Shown piece after piece: positions 42,279 to 50,808 of a DNA stretch of 50,808 nucleotides. The position numbers and the translations under genes were made by a program. The notes below the pieces were generated by a model, which was given only the letters and a program-made list of their open reading frames with translations, was not told where the DNA came from and made no database searches. Origin of the DNA: Chrysochromulina tobinii (lineage: Eukaryota); NCBI GenBank assembly GCA_001275005.1, contig JWZX01003134.1, forward strand, positions 1-50,808, read 5' to 3'. Position 1 is the stretch's first letter. Each line of letters opens with the position of its first letter.

Positions 42279-45200
42279 TCAGGCCCTGCCAGTGCCGCGC
42301 GCGGTCACCACGCCTCGCGGCACCGGAGCACCACCCAACGGTCGGCCCTGGTGCTCTGTGGAAGGGCGGGCGGTTAGGGCTCCCCGGCGGTTCTCGCCGG
42401 CGGCCGGTGAGGGGGCACCACGGGTGAGGGGTCGACCCGAGCCTGCCTTTGGCGTCTTCGGCGTCTTCGGCTTTGCGGCTGGTGGCGGCGGCATCGCCGG
42501 CAGTGTGAGCGGCGGCGCCGCCGCGGCAGGTGCAGGTGCTTGGGTTTTGATCTCTGCATCGATGTCGACGCTCGTCCGTCGCTGCTTCTCAGTGCGCTGC
42601 TGCTCCTTACGCTGCTGCTCCCTCAACTTCTCTCGAGGCGAGATGTACCGTTCGGGCGGCGGCAGGCCCAACTCCTTGGCACGATCCTTGAGGACCTTGA
42701 ACTCGCGAACCTTGACACTCTCACGTGCCGACACGTGGTTGACGAACTCCTCCTCATAGGCCGCATTCTCGGCCGCGAACGCCTCACCGGCCGCTGCCTT
42801 GAGCCCCGCTGGCAGCGGGCCAGCCGCCTTTGCGAGAGAGCGCAGCCAGGCCATCTGCAGCGTACCGACCTCGACCTCACGTGTGGCCAAAAGGAGTTCT
42901 ATCGCCTCGTGTGGCCGTCCAACGACCGCGTGGGCCGCGGCGATCGCATCTCTCTCGAGGAGCTCTGGAGTGAGCGCTTCCTCCGGGCGGTACATGGTCG
43001 ACGGACTGGGCGAGCGATCGCGCACCGGGCTGTCCCGGGCGCCTCTCGGGGGCGTGCTGTCCCGGGCGCCTCTCGGGAGTGGCTCGTCGTGCGCCCACCG
43101 GCCCAAGCGAACGCTGTCACGGGGGTCGTGCGGATTCTTGGGTAGCACTCCCTGCTTTCGCATGGGCGCGTCCAGAGACAGGCGCAGGTTGTGCACCTGG
43201 ACGGACGAGTGGATCGCATCCAATAAGAATGGTCATCAGTGGTCATCAGTGGTCATCAGTGGTCATAAGCAGTCATCAGAAGTCATCAGCAGTCATCAGC
43301 ACTCATCAGCACTCATCAGCAGCCATCAGTGCACCTGGCTCTTCTCGACCGCCTCCATCAACTGCGGTGCCAAAATAAAGGCCAACTCGGTCGCAGGAGC
43401 TCCCCCATTTTCTCTTTCGAGCGTCTGTGCGATGGCATCGAGCGCTTCTTCGGTGGCGTGGCACAGATACGCGGAGTACGCCGCTCGGGCTTCGGAATAA
43501 GGCACGGTGCCACGGACATCCTCCTCGTCGTCCTTCTTCCCCTTCCCCTTCTTGCCGCCTTTGGGTCTTCCCCGTAGGCCTTTGGGGCTGCCCTTTGGGT
43601 CTTCGAAGACCTTTGGATCTTCGTCTCGGCTGGGTCTTCGTAGGCCCTTGGGGCTGCTGTCGGGACTGGCGGCCGCGTGAGTCCATGAGTGATTCGAATC
43701 GTCTTCGGAGCCCATCAGAGCTCGAAGTCCTTTGGGCAGCTCCTTGAAGGGCACTTCCTCGTCGACCCAGAAGGCATCCCCGAGGGTGAAACGCGTCGCC
43801 TCGGCCGCCTCCGCCTCCGCCTCCGCCGCCGCCGCCTTCGACGCCATTCGCGCCGGTCTGAGTGTCACCGAGACTTCAGTCGACATTGGAACTAGGGACG
43901 GCGGGGAGGGCCTTCCTAGTATGGGAACCGCCCCGGTGCCTATATTAGGCAAGAACGTTTCGGACGAATCGCCGACCACGCTGACCTTTTCGCCCTCCTT
44001 GTCCTCGATGGGCGTCGCTGTGGGAACCTCAAACGGCAGCAGCACTTGTCGCGTCTTGGCAAGGGCCCTCGCCCGCGTGCTGAGCTTGTCGCGCGTCGTC
44101 TCGGCGACGCGCTCGAGGACCGCCGGAAGCATGCAAGCAGACGCGCTGTGTGTGAGCGAGGCGATCGCGTTCTTTGCGAGCAACTCGACGCGCTCGCACC
44201 GGCGACGCACGCGCTGCAGCCCTACCTGATGAGGGAGGCAATCAAGAGGTCATCATCAGTGGTCATCAATGGTCATCAATGGTCATCAATGACTGCAGCC
44301 CTACCTCCGCCTCCGACAGCTGCTTGCTCGTCTCCTCGACCTTGAGATCGTATGCGACGCGCGCCTCGTAGTTGCTGTCGCGCGCGAGCGCGGCCTCGTC
44401 GTAGACGGCGTTGAGCCGGCGGGTAGACTCGTCCTTGCGAGCGTGCTTCTGGGCCTCGACCTCCTCCATCGTCGCGCGCGCCTCCATCTGCTCCTCCCAG
44501 TACTCGAGGATCCCCTTGACGTGATCGCACATGGTCAGCTCCTCGAGCTCGCCCCACGCCGCTCGCAGGTTTTTATGGCGGCGCCCCTCCCTCGTCGCGA
44601 CCGCAGTCATCTGTGCGACCACGCCGCTCGTCGCGGCGCGCTTCTCGGCTGCTTTGCGCTGCTCCCAAAACCTGTCAGCCCCACGCTTGGCGGACTCCTG
44701 CTGCGCCTCCGCCAACTCCCTCTGCTGACGCTTCTGCTCGCCTGCCGCCTGGTCCCTCAAGAAACGTAACCGCTCCCTCGAGACCCCGCCGCCGAGCGAG
44801 CTGTTGCTCGCGCCACTCTCTCCGGCGGCAGCCTGGAGATCGTGCATCACCTTCTTACGGCGCGCCTCCCTCTTCTCCTCCGCCGCCACCTGCTCCTCCT
44901 GCAGGCGCTCCAGCGAGCGCTCCGAATGCTCCTGCATCGCCACAGCGACGTCCATGCCTTCCTCCAACACATCCAGCCGGACGGTGAGCTCGATGAGCGC
45001 AGATCGCAGATAGGCGAGCTTCTGGTTGAGGTGCGGGCGGCGTGTCTCGAGCCGCTCGGCCATCATCTCGTACACGAGCGCGTCCGTCTCCGCCTGTGCG
45101 GCCTTATGCGCAGCCTCTTTCCACTCAGACTCCAGCTCGGCAGCTACCCTTGCCAGCTTGCCGCCGTCAGCGTCCTCACGCGCGCGTGCGTCCGTCTTCG

Positions 45201-45858
45201 TCGCGAGCTCCCCGCGGAGCTGCGCGAGCTCCTCGGCCTTCTCAAGGCGCAGCAGGTACAGCTCGTTATGTATCTCGCAGCTACTCAGCGCGTCGTCATT
45301 GTACTTGTTATGAATGATCTGCACGACGTTCGCCATGTGCCGGTCCACCTTCTCCTCGCGGTTCTTCCACTCCTTGAACGCGCCTTCCTTGGGCGTGGGC
45401 GCGGAATCGACAAGCGCGAGCCTCATGGGCGGCCGCGGCCGCGTCGGCGGTCGCGCAACCGGCAGTGACGAGCTCTGCGAGACGAGTGAGGTCGTCAGCG
45501 TGCCGCCGCAGTCGAGCGTGAACTCAGACGACTCGGCCGTGGCCGTCGAGGCCATGGAGATGCGCGCTAGAGCAGTCTTGACGCCGAAGAGCTCGTCATC
45601 CTCGAAGGAAGACGCTGTCGACACCGTCAGCGTGTTCGGCATGAGCTTCCGATGCCGTGTGAGCGGCGCGTGCGGAACCAAGCGAGGCGGCCGTGGATCG
45701 GATGATGCTGCCCAGAGTGGCGGAGAGGGCAGCGTCCACGGAGAAGGACCCTTGGACGATGCACCTCTCAGCGGCACGGCCGACGTTCCCGGGCGCTCGA
45801 GCAGCGCGGCTCGGGCGGATAGGTAGGCCGAGCGCAGCCCGGCCTCTGCGCCGCTCAT
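42279..45858 (-). CDS. Large coiled-coil protein (exons 45858-44305, 44225-43335, 43196-42279)
   Basis: Three long ORFs joined in phase 0 by two GT-AG repeat introns; long E/A/R/K-rich helical stretches. Confidence 0.75.
43197..43334 (-). other. 138-nt intron with a 10-bp CTGATGA-core array
   Basis: CCAG|GTGCACtg...CCAG|GTGCACaa; ~10 GGTCATCAGT-like units on the plus strand. Confidence 0.9.
44226..44304 (-). other. 79-nt intron with a 10-bp (ATTGATGACC)n array and an exact 12-nt exon duplication
   Basis: GAG|GTAGGGCTGCAGt...CCTCCCTCATCAG|GTAGGGCTGCAGc. Confidence 0.9.
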
Positions 45859-46058
45859 GAGGAGTGGCTCGGGCGCCCTTTGGCCGTTCTGACTGAGGAA
45901 ACAGAGAAAAGCGAAGACGTCCAAAAGCAATTGCCATAATGGGCAAGGATCCTGCAGAACTCCAGGACGAGTGTCGTACAAGGCTCAACATTACGGGGCC
46001 GATCGTCTCGGGGACTGTCGGGGAGAGAGATTCCCTCTAATTAATACGGGGACCCGCA

Positions 46059-46817
46059 ATGCGGCGTCCGAATCTCGCAACCCGTCACGCGGCAGCCACG
46101 TGCCTCTCATGGATGCTGGCTGCCACGCCACTATGTTCCATCGCGGATATTGAGGAGCCAGTGAAGGAGCGCGTGACTGCCGAGGCGGCTCTCACCATTG
46201 CCGTCGGCACGACAGATGCGGCTCGGCGTGTGTTGCCCATCGCACTCTTTGGAGATGAAGCACCAGGCAGTGTGGCGACGTTTCGCGGCGTGTGCGACGG
46301 TACGCTCCCCGGTCAAGCGGGAGTCACGTACCGCGGCACGACCATCTCTCGTGTGGAGAGGGACAGAGTCATCCAGGCGGGCGTTGCCTCGGGTAGCGGT
46401 CAGGACGTGGAAAGGAGCATCGACTCGACAGGCTATGTGCGCAGCGTGTATGTGAGCCGCGCAGACGCCTTCAAAAACAGCGATACGAATGAGCTTCGTC
46501 ACGATCGGCCGGGGCGTGTCTCGATGCAAAAGGGCGGTGGCGACTTTCGGCTCACGATCGCACCCGCAGAGAACCGCGCGCTCGACGAAACGAACATCGT
46601 CATCGGCCAAGTACTGATGCTCGACACGGCAGAAGAGAGCCCGTCGACCAGCTTGCTGCGAGAAATCAATGAAGTGCCCGTCCGCCAGCCCAAGGCGGAG
46701 ACCAGTATCTACCTGGCGCTCGGCAAGGCGGCAGGCGATCCGCGGACCAAGGTGGAGACGGTCTATCGGCCCTTGCGCAAGATCTCGATTATTGATTGTC
46801 AGACGCGGGACAGGTGA
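46059..46817 (+). CDS. Cyclophilin-type PPIase-like protein, probably plastid/thylakoid lumen
   Basis: IALFGDEAPGSVATF, YRGTTISRV, HDRPGRVSM, LDETNIVIGQV. Confidence 0.8.
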   Translation: MRRPNLATRHAAATCLSWMLAATPLCSIADIEEPVKERVTAEAALTIAVGTTDAARRVLPIALFGDEAPGSVATFRGVCDGTLPGQAGVTYRGTTISRVERDRVIQAGVASGSGQDVERSIDSTGYVRSVYVSRADAFKNSDTNELRHDRPGRVSMQKGGGDFRLTIAPAENRALDETNIVIGQVLMLDTAEESPSTSLLREINEVPVRQPKAETSIYLALGKAAGDPRTKVETVYRPLRKISIIDCQTRDR

Positions 46818-46912
46818 GATGAGAATGTGAATGAGAACGATTCATCGTATTTTTTGGCGTGCTGAACATGGCGCGATCTAGGATTCCTACCGTCCCTATT
46901 ACCATCTTGGGA

Positions 46913-47506
46913 TCAAAAAAAGGAGGAGCTCGCCGGCGGCACATCGGTGCACACGTCCTCATTCGTCACATCATTGCGCAGGCAAGAGAGGATGACTTCG
47001 CACGTCGTCACGATCGAGGCCGCCTCGCCTCGCGATTCCACGAAGGCGGCCTTTGCATATTCTCGCTGGAGACGCGTCCAGAAAATGTCGGGCAGCGCAA
47101 AGCGCGCACGCTCGCCGATGTCGTAGCTGAGGAATGAGGAGCCCGCAGCCAAAGCACCCTTCAATCCGCGGTCGGCGATGACAATGACAGCGTCGGCGTC
47201 AAGGCCCGTACCATCTCGGCCAGCGACACCGAGGGCGCAACGCACACTATTCCGGTCTTGCGTCCACTCGTCCGTAAAACGCGAGCGTGAGAGCACGCGC
47301 AATTTGTAGCCGGTGTCCGCCTGCAGTTGCCTTAGAATGCGATCGAGACGAGCCGTGTCGCCCGAGTTCAGGAAAGATGCCGCATCCAAAACGACGTCAG
47401 TAGTAGAGCACGGCATGGCGAGCGACGGCGGAGCGTGCGAGCTCGTAGAGATGGCGGCCACGAGGAGCGCCGCGCCGCGTCGACCGATGTTGCTCGGAAT
47501 GCACAT
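46913..47506 (-). CDS. TPM-domain thylakoid lumen protein (15-kDa TLP-like)
   Basis: Twin-Arg-like RRGAALL presequence; VLDAASFL...LQADTGYKLRVLS, FWTRLQREY. Confidence 0.75.
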   Translation of the reverse strand: MCIPSNIGRRGAALLVAAISTSSHAPPSLAMPCSTTDVVLDAASFLNSGDTARLDRILRQLQADTGYKLRVLSRSRFTDEWTQDRNSVRCALGVAGRDGTGLDADAVIVIADRGLKGALAAGSSFLSYDIGERARFALPDIFWTRLQREYAKAAFVESRGEAASIVTTCEVILSCLRNDVTNEDVCTDVPPASSSFF

Positions 47507-47890
47507 GAAGAAAGTCGCGGAAGGAGAGTGGGAGGAGGTGCTGACATGCGCTTCATATGTAAGTTCGACTTCCACAAGCAAGCTGACTTCCACAACACGA
47601 GCCTTCACTATGAATACACACCAAAGCATAAAAGATAAAACAAGACCCCCGAAGGGAGACACATGCAGCCTTCACACACAGACTTTCTCCCTGTCTTCAC
47701 AGATTATATTCAGGCTTTTTTATTCACACTTTGCGGCACATCTGCGATGTGCGCGGGCACGCCGCCCGCTCCTCTCTCATTACGGACGTGTGCTCTGCGA
47801 TCCCAACTGGAATCCCATCACGAGTTGCTTGCTCGATTCTCACACTTGCCAGAGGTCGGTAATCTAAGTGGCCATCCAGTCGCCCCATAC

Positions 47891-48691
47891 ATGGGCTCGC
47901 TCACGCGCACCAACCTTGAGCGGCTTCTGCGCTCGTGCGAGCGGCTGAGCGGCGACATGCACGGCCGCGCGGACCGCCAGCGCTTCGAGTCATATCTGGT
48001 CGTTTTGCAACGCCAGTGGCGTGAGCTCAAGGCACAATCGCAGTGCTCCGAAGATGCGCTTGCAGAGTTCCGCCGCAAGATCCAGCGGCTGGCGGAACTC
48101 CTCGACGAGGGCAAGCTGCTCTCGGGGGCGGGCAGCTCGCTGGCGCTCACGCAGGCGCACTGCAACGCGCACTTGAGCCGCTCGCAGGCGAATGCCGAGT
48201 TGGTCAACCGACTCCGCGAAAAGGAACGCATGCAGCAGGCGCTACGCAGCCAGCTGAGCCTCGAAGTCGGTCCGAGCGACGCGCCTGTGTCCGAAGCCTC
48301 AGCGAGGGCGGTGCAGACGGGTCGCGCCGCTGCAACGGGAGCGCGCGCGACGGGCGGCATGGAGGCGGAAGCGCTTCGAGCGACGTTGCAGACGGAGCGG
48401 GCGGCGCAGGAGCACCTGATGAGCGACCTGCTGCGCTCAGTCGGCGAGCTACGCGACCGGTCGGTCCAGGCAAGACATGCCGTGCGAGAGGACAACAACA
48501 CCCTCGACATGACGAGTAAAGAGATCGACAAGAACCAATCGCAGCTCGGCACGATCAGCGCGCGTCTGCGGGCGCAGATCATGGCCGCGCGCAGCAGCTC
48601 ATGCCTCGTCTTCTTCATGCTGCTCTTCGTGGCAGTCGTCTTCTTCTTGACGCTCCTGCTCATGAAGGTCAAGTCCAAGAATGGAAGGTGA
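47891..48691 (+). CDS. USE1: ER SNARE, USE1-like
   Basis: N-terminal NLERLLRSCE; QEHLMSDLL...L....REDN..LD SNARE motif; C-terminal TM anchor. Confidence 0.75.
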   Translation: MGSLTRTNLERLLRSCERLSGDMHGRADRQRFESYLVVLQRQWRELKAQSQCSEDALAEFRRKIQRLAELLDEGKLLSGAGSSLALTQAHCNAHLSRSQANAELVNRLREKERMQQALRSQLSLEVGPSDAPVSEASARAVQTGRAAATGARATGGMEAEALRATLQTERAAQEHLMSDLLRSVGELRDRSVQARHAVREDNNTLDMTSKEIDKNQSQLGTISARLRAQIMAARSSSCLVFFMLLFVAVVFFLTLLLMKVKSKNGR

Positions 48692-48870
48692 AAGGTGGTG
48701 CCATCACGAAACAAATTACTAGGGCCGTTATCCACGAAACAAATTACGCGATGCCACTAGTGCCACTTTAGGTGCCACTAGGATAACAGACGACCGCACA
48801 CACACGCCACGAACTAGCCGAACTCGCCTCCTTAAAGCCGCACGCGCGTGTCCGTCCACGCCGTGGAAAC

Positions 48871-49284
48871 TTAGTTCTGCTTGCCCTTGATCGGCGCGGA
48901 TGGCCAAGTCGCCATTGTAATCAGCGCCAAGGTTCCCACGACGATTGGCCCCACGAGGTCGTCGCCGATCTCGAGATGGCCGTAAAAGACGATGGCCATC
49001 ATGATTGCATAGCAAAAGCAGGCGAGACGCGGCACGACGTTCAAGAGCCACACATCCACGAAGGCCAAGAGCTTGCAGGTGCCAACCAAGATTAGAAAGT
49101 TGGAGCGCGTCGTGCCCAGAAGCTTGGCACCCCATTCAGTCTTATCCGGTCCAGTCCCACCGTTGGCATTGTTGAGAGCCGGCGGGAGAGCCTCGATCAG
49201 GCCGAAACTTGCTGCGAGATAGACCAAGCCGGTACACATGCTGATCGACATTATGATCTTTGAGATTGTATGCAGCAGTCCCAT
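48871..49284 (-). CDS. Small multi-pass membrane protein, DoxX-like
   Basis: Four hydrophobic segments; LVGTCKLL...AIVFYGH pattern. Confidence 0.6.
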   Translation of the reverse strand: MGLLHTISKIIMSISMCTGLVYLAASFGLIEALPPALNNANGGTGPDKTEWGAKLLGTTRSNFLILVGTCKLLAFVDVWLLNVVPRLACFCYAIMMAIVFYGHLEIGDDLVGPIVVGTLALITMATWPSAPIKGKQN

Positions 49285-49743
49285 TGTCGCTCAAGTTCCG
49301 CTGGATTTCCTTTGGGTACGCTGAACGCTCACACACCCACCGCGGGAAAATCGTCAGAAAAGCAGATCAACCAGTGATTTCGGGAGATCTCTCCCGAGGT
49401 TTTCTCTTTCCATGTACCGGTAAAGTAGTTCCTAACGACCCAAGCCGAAAGAAGGAAAATGAGAGGTCATGAACTGATGGCAAATATTCTTGAAAATCAG
49501 GTATTCATGAGAAGATACGGGGACAATGGGATTAATGGCAGATGACGGATACAAGATGCACTGAAGTGGAGAAAACATTCAATAAATTGCCAATAGTAAC
49601 TCGGCGACAAGAGAGGGGATCTGAAGATCCACAGCACCCATGGTATTACAAAAGCAACAGAACCCAAATCTCTCCTCAAGTCCGTTCAATCACCATTATG
49701 TGCAAATACAGAGCGGCTTGTGGGTCTCAATCTGCCTTCGCAT

Positions 49744-50682
49744 TCAAAACTTATTCTTCGCACCACCACCATCCTTCTGATCCTCCGATCCCTTGGCCTT
49801 TCCAGCTATGTACACCGGCGTGCCCTCGATGATGGCGGCGGCCGCGCGGTGGACGACCGAGTATAGGGAGATGGTGAGGCTCGAAAGCGGGGCGAGCAGC
49901 ATCACGCGCGGCAGCAGCCCCCGCGCGAAGCCGCTGATGCCCTCCTTAGCCACAATCGATCTCGCAACTGCAAGCACACCGGCCTCGCTGGCCACGTCGG
50001 TCACTTGCATCGCGGCCAGTCCAGCACCGCCAACCTGCAGGCGAGTCTTGACGACGTCAAAGGGGTTGGTGAGCGCGCTCGCGCCCATGCCCGCGAGCAG
50101 CCCGCAGCCTAGCGCCGTCACGAACAGCGGTTGCTCTCCGGACGGTACTCCGCATAGCTGCACCGTGAGGAAGTCATACGCAAGGAAGTAGAGGGAGAAG
50201 TAGGGTGCCCAGGTGAGCGCGCCCGCGCCGAGGCCGCGGTAGAGCCCGGAGGGGCCATCCACGCGCAGCAGGTCGCGCAGCACGGACAACGAGCTCGCGC
50301 CTCGCGTGACCATCGCACGTTGCTTGACCACCTCCATCGGCGTGTAGATCAGGAGCGATGCGAGGCAACCCGCAATGCCCGCGAGAGTCGATGCGAGGCC
50401 AGACGACATGTGCGGCGCTGCAGCTGCACGCGCAGCCTCGTACGCGACGTAGAAAAGCCCGTTGCCCGGCAGGCTCGCGGTGAGATGCGCGCCCAAGCCC
50501 TTGTACAGCGCAGGCGCACCCTCGGCACGGAGGAGCGCCAGGCTCTCACGCATGAGGCCGCGTGCTGCCGGGCGCACCATTGCACGTGCGCGCATCGTGT
50601 CTAGCGGGTAGAGGCACACGTCGGCAGCCGCGCCCGCGACGGCCCCGCAGAGGAAGTTGGCCGTTGCGCCGAGGTCTCCCAT
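49744..50682 (-). CDS. Mitochondrial carrier family (SLC25) protein
   Basis: Three Px(D/E)xx(K/R)xR signatures: YPLDTMRAR, TPMEVVKQR, NPFDVVKTR. Confidence 0.93.
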   Translation of the reverse strand: MGDLGATANFLCGAVAGAAADVCLYPLDTMRARAMVRPAARGLMRESLALLRAEGAPALYKGLGAHLTASLPGNGLFYVAYEAARAAAAPHMSSGLASTLAGIAGCLASLLIYTPMEVVKQRAMVTRGASSLSVLRDLLRVDGPSGLYRGLGAGALTWAPYFSLYFLAYDFLTVQLCGVPSGEQPLFVTALGCGLLAGMGASALTNPFDVVKTRLQVGGAGLAAMQVTDVASEAGVLAVARSIVAKEGISGFARGLLPRVMLLAPLSSLTISLYSVVHRAAAAIIEGTPVYIAGKAKGSEDQKDGGGAKNKF

Positions 50683-50808
50683 TGGTTTTTGCACACAGAG
50701 CTCGACTGTGAATAACAGATCACGCCGCGCTCCGCGCGCCGTACCAGGCGTTCACTCAACACACACTCGGGTAGCTCACTGAGCTCTTCCTCACTACGAG
50801 GGGATGAC

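Overview
GC-rich, gene-dense eukaryotic nuclear DNA, most likely from a haptophyte alga (Chrysochromulina/Emiliania-like, inferred from plastid-targeting presequences and repeat-filled introns). About 30 protein genes are supportable: NEK and MAP kinases, an OTU deubiquitinase, an ICE1-like protein, a thioredoxin/PDI-like protein, SEC14, SOUL, a complex I NUXM-type subunit, JmjC/JMJD5, DnaJ, proline iminopeptidase, a cyanophycinase-like peptidase, several glycan-modifying enzymes, a giant ShK/EKAAA protein, a plastid cyclophilin, a TPM protein, a USE1 SNARE and a mitochondrial carrier. No rRNA, tRNA or CRISPR array was seen. The strongest signal is in the spliceosomal introns. In at least six, the first 5-26 nt copy the first bases of the downstream exon, so the GT donor looks co-opted from a variable-length target duplication. 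The rest of each intron is either a sense-oriented 10-bp array built on a branch-point-like (C/T)TGAT core or a shared ~45-nt TGCATGCAAGTGCTCAC...CCCCACAG acceptor module. This looks like recent intron gain by an acceptor-carrying insertion process. All introns are predicted from frame-joining, not from transcripts, and all family assignments come from motif recognition, not database searches.
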